Source: Lama glama (Eukaryota). From it: a DNA stretch of 64,000 nucleotides. Location of the stretch: assembly GCA_028534125.1 (NCBI GenBank), contig CM052816.1:81780001-81844000 (forward strand). Reading direction: 5' to 3'. Numbering within the stretch: position 1 is the first letter of the stretch; the number at the start of each line of letters is the position of its first letter. Under the pieces are notes generated by a model that was not told the origin of the DNA, ran no database searches, and was given only the letters and a program-made list of their open reading frames with translations. Made by a program: the position numbers and the translations under genes. Shown here in pieces: positions 51,032 through 63,799 of this stretch.

Positions 51032-51531
51032 NNNNNNNNNNNNNNNNNNNNNNNNNNNNNNNNNNNNNNNNNNNNNNNNNNNNNNNNNNNNNNNNNNNNN
51101 NNNNNNNNNNNNNNNNNNNNNNNNNNNNNNNNNNNNNNNNNNNNNNNNNNNNNNNNNNNNNNNNNNNNNNNNNNNNNNNNNNNNNNNNNNNNNNNNNNNN
51201 NNNNNNNNNNNNNNNNNNNNNNNNNNNNNNNNNNNNNNNNNNNNNNNNNNNNNNNNNNNNNNNNNNNNNNNNNNNNNNNNNNNNNNNNNNNNNNNNNNNN
51301 NNNNNNNNNNNNNNNNNNNNNNNNNNNNNNNNNNNNNNNNNNNNNNNNNNNNNNNNNNNNNNNNNNNNNNNNNNNNNNNNNNNNNNNNNNNNNNNNNNNN
51401 NNNNNNNNNNNNNNNNNNNNNNNNNNNNNNNNNNNNNNNNNNNNNNNNNNNNNNNNNNNNNNNNNNNNNNNNNNNNNNNNNNNNNNNNNNNNNNNNNNNN
51501 NNNNNNNNNNNNNNNNNNNNNNNNNNNNNNN
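51032..51531. other. Assembly gap, exactly 500 N
   Basis: Counted N run. Confidence 0.98.
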
Positions 51532-52754
51532 TTCCTTGTTACCATTATTACAAAAGTGTTATTTTGGAGCTGCCCACATGATATCATTTTCCTGAAAAAC
51601 AATGTTCAATTCAATGCAGTTACATGGTGATGACCCACTGCAAAAGGGCTTTCACAGGTGACATCACCTTTGCTCCTTTCACTCACCTGCAGACCAGAGT
51701 GAGCACTCTCATCTCTCAATTTTCTAGAGGAATCTGATGCTCAGAGCATTTAAATGACTTCCTCCAAGTTTTCTGACCGTAAGGGCAGAAGTGGGTCCAG
51801 GATCCAGGTCTCCTAACTCCTGTCCCTTCATTGATTTGTGTAGGGGATTGAGTGAGCAGCCTGGAGGACAGCAAGTTTGTTCCAGTTTCATAGAAACTTC
51901 GCTAAGAGCTTCCATCTGATCTCAGGCAACCCTGAATACACACAGGCCACTCTGGTTCATTCTGAGTTTCCTGCTGGGGGTGGTAAGAAAATGACCAGCC
52001 TTAAAGCTTCATCAGCAAAAGAGACAGAAAAGGATGCTTTCCTCACTCTTCCCCCACCCCCACCTACAGATTCTGACCCCCATGGAAGCAGCAGAGGGCT
52101 GGACCATTAACCACACAGCAGGCCTGGTCATGCGCATCCTCTCCACCCGGGATTCACTTTGCACACCAAGGTCCCTGCCAGATCTGAAAGCTACCTCTTC
52201 CCATCCCGAAATGAAAAAACAACAAGCCAGGAAATCTATGCCAAGCAGGGCTGTGAGGACAGCAATATCCTGGCTGGGAGCAGTGCCCTCCCACGTGGTG
52301 TTATCAGGGAGACGCTTCCCTAGCCTTGGCGACCTGTCCTCCCCAAGTCCTGGGCAGCGGTGGGTTGGATGCAATCACCAATCCTGCACAGCAAAGCACC
52401 TGCTCCCAGCAGCAGGCCACAGGCCCTCGCCAGGCCCGGATGGGGAAATGGGCCTGCTGGAATGGCATCACGCTGAGCCCTCTGAGGTCCGCATCCCTCA
52501 CTGGGGAGGCTGGCAACTGGCCTGAGGAATGACCAGCAATAAGGTTTCACATTCTGGCTGACATGGGCTGGCCCACAGATGTGGGGCAGGAGGACCAGGG
52601 TGTCAGAGCTACGGACACAGAGAACAGTCCAGAATGCAGTGAAGGGTAGCAAACCAAGTCAGACCAGGGCCTTGTCCCCTCTTTGGCGCCACCCCTGACC
52701 ACTCCCCACACCTCCTCACTGCTTTGCATTGTCATTGTTGCCATCACCGTCATC

Positions 52755-53218
52755 ACCACCATAGGGTGCAGCCCAAAAGGATACATCCACGTCCTCATCC
52801 CGGCAACTTGTGAATGTTACCTGATTCGGAAAAACACTTGGGTTTTTGCAGGTGTGATTAAGTGAAAGAAGCTGAAAGGAGGCACTTTAGCCTAGACCAT
52901 CCAGGCGGGCCCTAAATGCAATCACACGTGTCCTTCCAACTGAGAGGCAGAGGGAGATTTGACGGAGACTCAGAGAGAGGACACAGAGGAGAGGAGGCGG
53001 CACTGGGACCACGGCGGCTGAGAAAGGAGCGAGGCAGCCACAGCTGTCAGAGCTGCAAGAAGCAAGGAAGATTCTCTCTTCTTCTGAGGCAGCGCAGCCT
53101 CGCCAACACTTTGATTTGGGACATCTGGCCTCCAGAACTGGGAGAAAATAAGTTTTCTGTTGTTTTAAGTCACCCAGTTGATGATACTTTGTAATGGCGG
53201 CCCCAGGAAACAAAGATG
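52755..53218 (+). mobile_element. MaLR solo LTR (MLT1C/D-like)
   Basis: 'atccacgtcctcatcccggcaacttgtgaatgttacc', 'gggccctaaatgcaatcac', 'ctggcctccagaactgggagaaaataagttttctgttgttttaagtcacccag'. Confidence 0.9.
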
Positions 53219-56200
53219 CTGAGCTCCACGCTGACCCCATCCCGGCAGCCCTTTCTGAGCACAGGCTGAACCTCTCGCAGCACATCCCAGGCACCCGGCA
53301 GTGTGCTCGGGGCTCTGCCAGGTAGGCAACAGCCCCTTGCATTATTTCCATTAAGTGGAGGAGCAAACTGAAGCGTCATGATGTCAAGGAACTTGCCAGG
53401 GCGGTTTGGGACCCAGCTGAACACAGCCCCGTCCGAATGCCCGTCCTGGCCAGAAGACCGTAACTGCTCTGGGTCTTCTTCGCAGTCACCTCAGGAATCT
53501 GCACATGGGAGGAGAACGCATTTCTGATCCCCGATGATATTTTTACCAGAGCTATCTCTGAGGCTTGGCTCATTCCAAGAGTCAGGGGATGACTAACTGT
53601 GGGGCCGGGAGACAACGTTTCAAATGGCCTGAGGGTCGTTCTGATGAGTTTTCCAGCACCGGAAAAAGCTCCAAGGGCGCCTGTGGGAATTTCCCATTCT
53701 CCCTCCTGAAAATGGACTTTGAAGCTAAGACCCCACCATGAGACCCCTCAGCCTTGACTATCAGAGCAGTAAAACAGCACAGGACTTTTGCCCTCTCTTG
53801 GAACAGAGATTAAGGAAAACTGGACACAGAAAAGTAACTTCGTAACCTTCCAGAGGTCTCCTTGCCCCAGAGAGTAGAGCATCAGGGAAGATTCCTGAAC
53901 TTTCCTTCTCTAGGAACGAGAGAAGAATCAGGGTTAGCTCCACTCAGGAATCTAAGGATGCGATCAGCCACGGCAGGGCTCTCAGCAGAATCCAGTCAGA
54001 AGGGGCAGGGGTCGGAAACTAAACTTCACACCCATATCTTTAAGTGGTCTTATTAGGCGCACCACATACACGGGAAGGGCTGGCTGGCTGGGCCCGGTTT
54101 CACTTGTACAGCAATGTGCCTTATGGCTGGGTGTGGTTCCACCTGGAAGTGGGTGTGGACAAGTCCATCCTGTATCCCACCCTGCTCCCAGACCCCAGCG
54201 GCCCCTGATACAGAGCAGCAGCCCTGATGCTTTCTGGGCTACTGCCTGGGTATCCAGAGATGTTAATTACCACAGGGAGGCCCAGAAACTCAACAGAAAC
54301 TGTGGTTAGGGTATCACTGCCTCGTTGTGACCTGGCTAACTACTCCCTGCTCTGCTGAGAGGAAACCAACCCCATTTCCTCAAGAAGAACAAATGTTAAG
54401 TCGACTTGTGATATATACATACAAAGAAAGGGAAGGGCCTGGGTGGCATGCCCCGCCCCAGACTTGGGTCTTCCAGGAGTGAGAAGACAGCCTGCTGGGT
54501 CAACCCCTCGGTGTCCCAGCCCCCAGTGCTCAAGGTTGCTTGTACATCCAGCACCCATCCAGCCACCCGCTAGGGGAAGTGGGAAAGTGGGTCAGAGGCT
54601 CAGCACCCAGTACCTCAGGTTTTGCCACAAGGTGTGTGGGGTAGGGGCGCGGAGGTGATGGAAAATAAGGAACAGGGAGAAGCATGGATTGTTAGCAAGC
54701 CCAAGGTTCTGGTATGTTCTGTGTGTGACTGGAGATTCTCAAAGCATGGGACCTTGGAGGTCAACAAATTCAATGGCAGCCAATCCAATGAGAAAGGGAC
54801 CAGGCCTGCTCACCTCTTTATCCCTGCCCCAGGGCACTTGTTAGTCTCTCAGGGCCTTTGCATACCAGGACCCAAAGCTCCGACTTGCAATTCCCAAACC
54901 CACAGAGCTTTGACAACTGAGTTCGTTTTGTAAGGTATTTGGCAGAAAAACTGCCTGATCTGAATTGCCTTGAGGCTACTTAGAGTCTTTCCTCATCCTC
55001 CTTTTACAATAGTCCTACACTTTGCTGCTGAAATTTCAAATCATTTGATTATGGGGTGTTACTCCAGACCCCACTGGAAGTGGTGTATAACACATTACAT
55101 GCATCTCTTGACCTTTCTAGAAATTAAAAAAAAAAAAAAGCTGAGTTCTGAATCACACCTGGCCCTGAGGTCTCCAGTGAGGAACTGTGGATGTGCAGTT
55201 CCGAGGCTGGACGTGCTCCTGTGCTTCCCTGCCGGACCTGGTCCACACCTCCAGGAAGTCTTCACTCATTAGCCTGACACTGCTGGGAGCACTCCCCTGC
55301 TCAGAAGCCTTTCCTGAAGCTTGGTGACTTCATTTGGACTTGCTGATGAACCTGCGCATTTGTGAGTGTGAGTGTATACTTTGGTCTATTTTTACATCTC
55401 AAATGAATTCCCAGATGAATTAAATTCCCTCTGGGATCTAATAACCTGTTTGGGTCCTCCTTTAAAAGACATTGTTTTTTAACCTGCACCAACTCCACAA
55501 CCCTGAGGGCGGCAGGTGTGCCAAGATTCCGAGCATGCAGGCCCTGACCACACTGATTCCCTGATTCCAGACCCCGGCAACTGCAGGCATGACAAGACTA
55601 GAAAGTCTAGAAACAACAGGAAAATTCAATAAGGTGGCAGATTACCGAATTAATGTAAGAAAATTGTTAGCGTTGGTATATACAAAAATAATAGTTGGAA
55701 AAATACGGTGGAAACTAATATCTCCACTTTTAGAAGCTAAAAAAGATTTTTTAAAACTTTTATATACTGATGTTCAATAACGTATACAGATATAGATAAA
55801 TATAATATATAAATATTCAATAAGAAACATGCCTGACCTATTAGAAGAGAACTTTAAAACTACTGATAAATAAATTATTTTTTTTTAGTATCCTAATGGT
55901 ATTATGGTCATATTTTAAAATAGTGTCTTCATCTTTTAAAAATACATACTGCCACATTTACAGATGGAGCAGTGATGTCAGGGATTTGTTGGGAAATAAC
56001 ATGGGGGAGGAGTGGGAGTGGACAGGCAGGCATGGCCATGCGCTGAGTGGTGGAGGCTGTTTGCTGGGTACAGGAAGGCTCATTTTTTACTGTTCTCTTA
56101 CTGTTCACACTACTTCTGTGTAATGTTCTAAATTCTGCATATTAAAAAGTTTTTAAAAAAATCTATCGAGGGACCGAAGAAATTTCTTAAATTTAGAAAA

Positions 56201-56559
56201 AAGCCTAGCTTGCTTTTAGATGAAAAGTTTCGATGACTTTTTTTCTCTGAATTCATTTATAAAGTCAATGTGAACCCAATTAAAATACCAACAAGGAGTA
56301 CTTTTAGCTAATAAACATGTAATAGCTAGGACAATTATGGAAGATAAGGGGTAAGGGGTTGGGGCCCAGAAAACCTGGTCTTATAAGCACTAACACTTAT
56401 TATGAAGCTACAATAATGAAGGCAGTTGAGCAAAGGAGAACAAATGGGCAGGGCAATGGTGCAAAATGAAATTCCAGACATCGGCTCAGGTGCCTACTGT
56501 GGTTCTATTAAAGGTGTTGAACAATCAGCACCAACAGAACAGACAAAAATTCTAAACTT

Positions 56560-57440
56560 TAAATAAATGAACAAATAAGAAAATTCATATAGTGGTACAT
56601 GTTGCAGAGAAAATAAAGCAAGACAATGAGATAAGGAGTGATGAGGGTGACACTGGAGTTGAGACCTAAGGAGCAAACCATGACAAAGATGATCTAGAAA
56701 AGCCCATTCCAGGCAAAAAGAGAAGCAAAAGCCAAAACCTCAAGGTTGACAAATGAGCTTCAAGTGTTCAAGAGACAGAAAGAAGATCACAGATGACAGC
56801 AAAAGAGGCCAGAAGATAAGCAGGGGCCAGATTATATAAATCTTGCAGGGGCTGGGGAGGAGGCTGGATTTTAGTCTAACTTGAGATGGAAAGACATTAG
56901 AGGGTTTTAGTTTGCAGATATGATCTGATTAGCATTAAAAAAAATTACTCTGGCTACTATGTAGAGAGAGGATTCTATAAAGACAAGAATGGAAATGCAA
57001 CTTCAGTTTTCCCCAGCAATGACCTACCCAAGAGGTGATGCTGGCATAAACGAGGTAGAAGTGGTGGAAATGTTAACACATGGTTTGACACAATATTTAC
57101 CTAGTACCAGTCTGCTGATGGGTTGGAAGTGAAGGAGGAGAAAAAGAAAAGGAATCAAGGATTAAGACTAGTGCTCTGGTCTGAGTCACTGGGTAGATGC
57201 TGCTGCCATTACTGAGTAAGAGAAGATGAGCAGGTGCAGGTTTGGCAGTGACGGTAGTAAATCAAGGACTCTTATCTCTATCACCTGAGATACCTATCAG
57301 CCATCCAAGAAGAGTTGGCAGTTGGCAGGTGGCTGCTACAGGGGCTGGAGCTCAGCTGGGGGAATGTATATTTGAGCATCACAAGCATAAAGACACAGTA
57401 AGTGTGATGTTTCAGATCTATCGGGAAAACAGAGCGATAA
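56560..57440 (-). mobile_element. L2 fragment
   Basis: 'gcaggggccagattat', 'attactctggctactatgtagaga', 'gaatcaagga...ctgggtagatgctgctgccattactgag'. Confidence 0.8.
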
Positions 57441-57491
57441 TCAGCACTGAGACCACTGACTCTGCATTTGGGGAAAAAAAACCCAAATGAA

Positions 57492-57731
57492 ATGTTTTAC
57501 TTATGATTTCCTTTGCTGTGCAAAAGCTTATAAGTTTAACCAGGTCCCATTTGTTTATTTTTGCTTTTATTTCTATTGCGTAGGTAGACTGCCCTTCAAT
57601 ATCTTGTAATAACCTTTAATGTAAAAGAATATGAAACTGAATATATGTATATATATGCTTGACTGGGACATTATGCTGTCCACCAGAAAATGACACATTG
57701 TAACTGACTATGTACTTCAATAATAATCATC
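57492..57731 (+). mobile_element. Young L1 with 5' inversion: antisense ORF2 piece ~57492-57595 joined to a sense 3' UTR ~57596-57731
   Basis: Reverse strand of the left part encodes 'EIKAKINKWDLVKLISFCTAKEI'. The right part matches the L1 tail at ~43807-43935. TSD aaaaa(c/t)ccaaatgaa at 57477-57491 and 57732-57746. Confidence 0.88.
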
Positions 57732-58663
57732 AAAAATCCAAATGAATTCCCAATTCAAGCTCAGAGCAAAATAATTTGCAAATGGGTCAAAAATTTTTAA
57801 AAATATCAGTGAATGTACTCTTGTTGAGAGGGTAAATTTGTGCAACCTTACTTCGGGACAGTATGACATTGTTTATCAAATTTAAAATGCATGTTTGCTT
57901 TGTCCCAGTAATCCTACTATCTGTATTAATTCATCCAACAGATATGCATGGAGGAAATCATGTATACAAGAATGTCCACTGCAGACTCACTGCAGAAAAA
58001 AATTAAAACAAGCAGTGTGTCTCAACAAAGGACTGGTTAAATAAATGACCATATATCCATACAATGGACTACTGTGTGGATGACACAAAAGATGAAGGGA
58101 ACCGTTGTGTGCTGATCTCAAACTATCTTCAGCATACATCCAGTAAAATACAGAACCCCCGGGTTTTATTATCCTCCTGTGTAAATATGTGTATATTTAT
58201 GTATAAAGGCTTTCAGTTTCATTTTTTAATCATTCTGCACTGTTTGAATTTTGTAGACATGTACATAATTTCCACTTAAAAAAACACCAAAAAGGATTAT
58301 ATAAACAGTGAAATTATTGGTCACCTTTTTGTTTTCTTTATACTTCTGTGTATATCTTTTTAAAAGCAACCTAACAAGTATTATTAGAACAGAAAAAAAA
58401 AAAACTTCAAAAAACATGGTCCCACAACCTACCCTCTAAGACTGTAGACAAAGCATTTTAAATCTCCATGAAAATCTTATGACCTTCTTTTTCAATTCCC
58501 TTTTTTTTTTTCGCATTCTGATCTAATAAATTTTGTAACTTCAGGCTCTGTTGGAAGCAGCCTGTACCCAAAGCCAAGCTGTAAAAGTTGCAGGGGAGCT
58601 ACAGAGCTGCCAAAGAGGGTGTTTATTGAGCAAAACTTAAGGGTTGATGCAAATTGCTGGCAA

Positions 58664-58677
58664 ACACCAGATGGCAG
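58664..58677 (+). promoter_or_regulatory. Candidate CTCF site
   Basis: aCACCAGATGGCAG matches 13 of 14 core positions; motif only. Confidence 0.35.
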
Positions 58678-60689
58678 GGGTCAGAAGAGAGATCACCTCC
58701 AAGAGATAAAGTCAGAACATCGGTCAGGGCTGGAGAAAGATACATGACTCCTATCTCATTTGGAGCAAGGGAGGATATCACAAGATTCCTGCAGCTGGCA
58801 CGCACACTCACACCATTGGGAGAAGGGGTCTTTCTACTTCAGCTCACGGCTGGAGGAGTGAAGCTGGGGAAAAGGCAGGAGCAGAAGATGCAAAGGATTC
58901 AGGCAACCTGCGGTGGAAATGGAGTGTCTTGGGCTGTGTGAAATTCACCTGTGGTGCTTTTGAGGCTTCGCTGCTCTGAAATCCCAAAATAGCTGAACCC
59001 TGTACTCAAGTGCACACACATGACCTAAAGACTGAGACAGCACTAGATCTATTCCACCAGGGAGGAGAAAACAGTAAACAATGTAATTAAATGGTTATCA
59101 AGAATTTTAAAGAGGGAAGGGAGGCACCAGTTAGCCCTTATTTTAGCATTTCTTTAACTTTTAACATTGTACACCGTATTTAAATACAAAGTTAATAGTG
59201 TCAGTTAGTACTAGACTTATTTGTCATAACAAAACCTTGTTTTTAATAGGAAGCAAGAGCGTACTGTTCCATTTCTCCCAATTAAGCACCTTTATAGAAA
59301 GAAAGCTGGGCTGTGGGAAACTCAAGGCTATCACTAAAGCACTGAGACCTCCCTGGGCAGTCGGCCTTGACTGTGGACATACTGCCTTGACAGAAATAAA
59401 CTTATTTGCATTGGCCTTAAATACTCAAACTTTAAAGTGACCACAGACATCAGAACATCCCATTCAAGTGCTGACCCCTCTCATTGCCATATCTAATCTA
59501 CACCCCTCTGGCTAAGCTTGGGTAGCTCCCCCCTCCTCTTGGGTCCTACAAGAAATGTACAGGAACAGCTGCTGCAGCCCCTCACTGTACCCCTTACTCT
59601 CACCTCCTCTGGCTTAACCAGTCCCAGTTCCTTTCCACTTCCCCCTTGGGTCCAATTTTCCAATCGTGTAATTATCTCTGTGGGTCTCAGGGAGAAGAAA
59701 GCATGAGGTATTCCAAAAAAATTACACCCTTCTTTTGGTCCTATACTCTGCATTTTCTGCCCCTGGTAAAGGAATCTAAACTCTGCTACTACAATACATT
59801 CAGTTGGAGTAAGCACCTCTCCAGCATTCTTCCTTTTAAATGTACTGTTGCCTTCCTGGGAGAAACTGCAACTCAGGGGAGCTGGGTTTTTTTTTTAAAG
59901 GAGTTTTTATATTCATCTAAAGCATCACATGCCCTGAGAGGAACAGAGAAGGGCCGGAGACTGGGGTTTTAGGAAGAGAGCTTTTTCTAAACACCAAATT
60001 ACTCAAGTTTGTCCACGCTGTCCCTTGGCCAGAAAACAAAGATTCAAGGTTTAATGCAGTCAGAATCACCACGAAAGGGGGATGGAAGAAAATGTATAGA
60101 CCTTGATTCAAATAGTTGCTAAAATCAGCTTGTAAATATCTTAAAAGACTGTCTAATCAAACATTTTTATGGTAAACTTTTTATTATAAAGACTAACTTT
60201 TGAAAAGAGTTTTATAGTTTTGAAAACTTTCCATGTAGCACTTTGTGATACAATATGGTAGGAAAAGCAAAGTTGATAGGCAGACAGATACAAATATATA
60301 CTATATAGTTATTATATACACATCACATATCATATTGTACATATACTATAAAAACATATATAATGTGTATAATATAGTATACAATATGTATATGACATTA
60401 GGAACATGAATCTCAGAGAGTTTTAATTTCTTGTGGCCATAAAACTGATGATAGAAGTCCCTGGATTCAAACCTAAGCCCTGGACAATAAGTCCTGTGGG
60501 AAATCTTTGGTATCTATGATATCACATAAGTTGATGTCATCTGCTGTTCACAACCCAAGATGACAGATGACAGTCAAGTTTTAGTTGTTATTAGAGAGGA
60601 AACATGTATTTCCTGTAAGAGAATCCCACAATCAATGCAATTGACCCTATTTTGCTTTTTCAATGCCCTGAGATACTCTGATGTTAAAT

Positions 60690-60950
60690 AAAGATGTTAC
60701 TAAATGCACTGTGGTATCCTGGATAGGATCCTGGAACAGATAAAGGACATTACTGAAATCTGCATAAAGTGTGCAGTTTAGTTAATTGAAACGTGCCATG
60801 TTGGTTTCTCAGTTCTGACCAGTAGCCCATGGTTATGTAAGACATTAGCAAGAGGGGAACTAGGATGAAGGTATATAGGAACTCTTACTGTCTTGGTAAT
60901 GTTCCTGTTCATCTAAAATTATTCCAGAATAAAAAGTTCATTAAAAATAA
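60690..60950 (+). mobile_element. L1MC/L1MD-like 3' UTR
   Basis: 'actaaatgcactgtggtatcctggataggatcctggaacagataaaggacatta...tctaaaattattccagaataaaaag'. Confidence 0.85.
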
Positions 60951-62424
60951 ACAGATGTTATAAATCTCAATAAACCAACAGTCTTAAACCTTTAATGTTT
61001 ATCACATGTTAAAGAAAGGAAACAGAAGTAATTTTCCACTAAGTGGTAGCTGCAGATTCAGAAGCCTATAGTGATAATCTGGCAGTCAGCTCCATTCACA
61101 GAAAAAGCAAAACCATTTACTTAAATGATGGTAATTATTTTGCAGGTGTTGACCTTGAGGGTAAGAAGGCTGGGAAAATCCTGGGAAGGAGTTTGGAGGT
61201 GGCCAGTGCCCCAGATGGACATCAAGTCTTGTCTGAGAAGCCAAGACGGCCAGAGAAGCACGAGCTAGACCTGTCAGTACAGTGGATCTCTCAGACCTGC
61301 AGAAGACAAGCTGTCAGGCTGGGCACAGGCTCCCTGCGCCCACAACGGGAGGTATTTACAAACCCAGCAGGGTCTGGCACCTGCTCAGGGATTTCAAGGA
61401 CAAGTCTGCAGTGTTTCCAGGGAGCAGCTGAGTGGTTAAACTCCCAGGTCCAGGCGAGAAGCCTGGCAGCCCTGGGCTGCAGGGCCCCCAGCTTGCTCCT
61501 GGCCGCCCATAGGTGTTCACCAGGGTCTGGCCATAAAAACGGGTCCAGCATGCAAATTGGTTCCAGGTAGCGCAGGAAGACTTATCTTCCTGAGGCTGAC
61601 CTGGGTGGGGAATATTTTTTAAAATAGGTTTTTGAAGTGCAGATTTTCTCCCAGTCATCAGGAGGCTGAATCCACAGCTAGCCCATTCTACCTCCCACTA
61701 GCACTTGACATCAGAGATTTTATTCGGACCCAGTCCTATTCTGACTTCCTCTCCCGTTAGATGGATGCGAGGAAGGAAGCGTTTCTATTATGTCGTCTGC
61801 AAAGCAAAAGTTTGCCGGTTCTCCATACCTGCTCTATGTGTTCCATCTGACAAGAGCCTTTGCTGTGAAAGGAAGCTGGAGTCAGCATCAGACTAGATCA
61901 GACTAGGATCCAGGCAAATTCTGGTGACAGGTGGCCAGTGAAGGATCTTTTTTCTAGGCCCACCCTCCACTCTGCTTTTCTATGACACCTACGCCAACTG
62001 TGAATGAATGAATGAATGCATGGGGACTTAGCAAGCCTTCTCAATCATTTTGTGAATACAAAGCACGTTATAAGCATAAAAGCATTCTATGTCTGATATC
62101 TAAGCAAGATGCTACAGAAGATGCATTTAAAACTTTTAGAGCTGAGCATTGTGGAGATGATGGTATTTGAGGATTTGATTAAATCCTATATACCCCGTGC
62201 TCTTAAGTAAGTTTAGGCATTCCACAGAGCCTTTGAAGGTAGATTAACAATCCATGGATGATGCAGTCTCAGTATTGCAGGATCTGAGAGACTTAATAAA
62301 AAGAAGAACCTTCAAATATCTAATATTTTTGTTCCTGAAAGAAAGTAGATTAAAAATGGGTAAGTAGACATAAACACATAACTTTCCAAATTTTCAGCCC
62401 ATTAGTTGGAGGTCAGAAATACCA

Positions 62425-62545
62425 CTGGTTTCTCATCTGTAAACAGGTACTATTTCATAGGGATGCTACAGAGAAAATTAAATGAGCTAATATTTATAAA
62501 GCATGGGAACAGGCACATCATAGGCACTGCCTAAGCGCTTGCCTC
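62425..62545 (+). mobile_element. MIR fragment
   Basis: 'tttctcatctgtaaa...attaaatgagctaatatttataaagca'. Confidence 0.7.
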
Positions 62546-63581
62546 AAACAATACAGTTCAATACAACACAGCACTCTATCACACAACACAGTGACGAGTA
62601 TCTTATCAGGTCACCACGCCCCACAAGACACCTGTGACGAATCTCAGAGTCCTTCTCAGAGACAACGTCTCTCAAGATGAAAGAGCAGCTGGCACAACCC
62701 GCTTTTTAAAATCCTCAGCTTTCAAGAGGGAGACTTTTGAAAGCGTAAGCTACTGGAAATGTCTTTAAGCATAAGCTGCTTTGCAAAAGAAAAAAAAATA
62801 TTTTGCTCTCCACAAGAAAACGTGGAATCTGAGCCAATCCGGCATGGGTCCTTCAGTCAAGTGCGAGGGAAATAAAGAGCTCCAGTAAATTCACTTTAAT
62901 AGGAAGACAACAGTCTGGTAGGTAAGACTCCCACACCAGCAAGAGAGCCCTCCTCCTTGGTTAGTTCAATGGAACGGGGCTTTGTACCCCGAGACCACCA
63001 CCTTCCCCACCTCTCTTATCAAACGGTCTGGCAGGAACGAAACTTTTTTGACGTCACTAAAAGTCTTTAAAAAAAAGAGACAGAGGAGTTATTTAATAAG
63101 GCAGGACCCTAGCCAGTTTGCCCTTTGACATAACTTAAAAGCAAAATAAGAAACACAATTTAAAATGCCCAGATTCGAGAGGGTGAGGGGCTGCAAGAGG
63201 GAAGCCCCAGCTACAGGAGGGGCCCCAGCACATGGCCCTCCAGGGAACTGCCCTCGGCAGCTGCTTCCAACGTGGGGCTTTGAGGCCCGGCTCCCAGATC
63301 ACAACCTAGGGCAACTCTCAAGGGCCGTCGTTGTCTAGAGCTCCCGGGAGCTGCGCGAGTCCTCGGCTGAGCCCGCGCTGCAGCCCAGCCACCACCTCCG
63401 CCAGTCCCACTTCCAACTCTTCCCCTGCGGGGTCTGATCATGACAAATCCCCCTCTGCACACACCCCAGGAGCTTCCTCCATGCTGTTACCGCTCAGGGA
63501 GGGCCTCCCAAAGAATTCAACCCACAAAACACATGGGCCCTGAGTGAATGCCCTGTTGATCATCTTTCCTACATATTTGGG

Positions 63582-63710
63582 TTTTTATAAAGCACTTTAT
63601 TGAGGTATGACTGACATACAACAAACTGCATGTATTTAAAGCATACAATTGTTTTAATGATTACTTTTAACATATGTATGTATCCATGAATCCATTATCA
63701 CAACTGAGAT
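63582..63710 (-). mobile_element. Old L1 3' terminus
   Basis: 'ctttattgaggtatgactgacatacaacaaactgcatgtatttaaagcatacaatt'. Confidence 0.75.
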
Positions 63711-63799
63711 GATCCTCAGGTAGATGAGGGGTCTCACATAGATGGTGAGTCTCACATAGATGGTGGTACAACACAGAACCATGATCTGGTGCCTTCTTG

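Larger units (their letters stand above)
55590..58390 (+). mobile_element. Fragmented ancient L1 (ORF2 remnant to 3' UTR), interrupted by an L1MC-like 3' end (~55880-56160), an L2 and a young L1
   Basis: 'KFNKVADYRINVRKLLALVYT' resembles ORF2 'EFSKVAGYKINIQKSVAFLYT'. Further ORF2-like sequence at 56240-56480 and L1ME-like 'ggactggttaaataaat...atccatacaatggactact' at ~58030-58075. Confidence 0.65.

Noticed and set aside
53641..53680. CTGATGAG followed by a hairpin (ttttcc/ggaaaa), suggestive of a hammerhead ribozyme core
   Set aside because: Stem II is not closed properly or followed by GAAA, and no stems I/III or NUH site were found.
61043..61570. 175-aa ORF
   Set aside because: Non-ATG start, no recognisable homology or domain; within chance for this composition.
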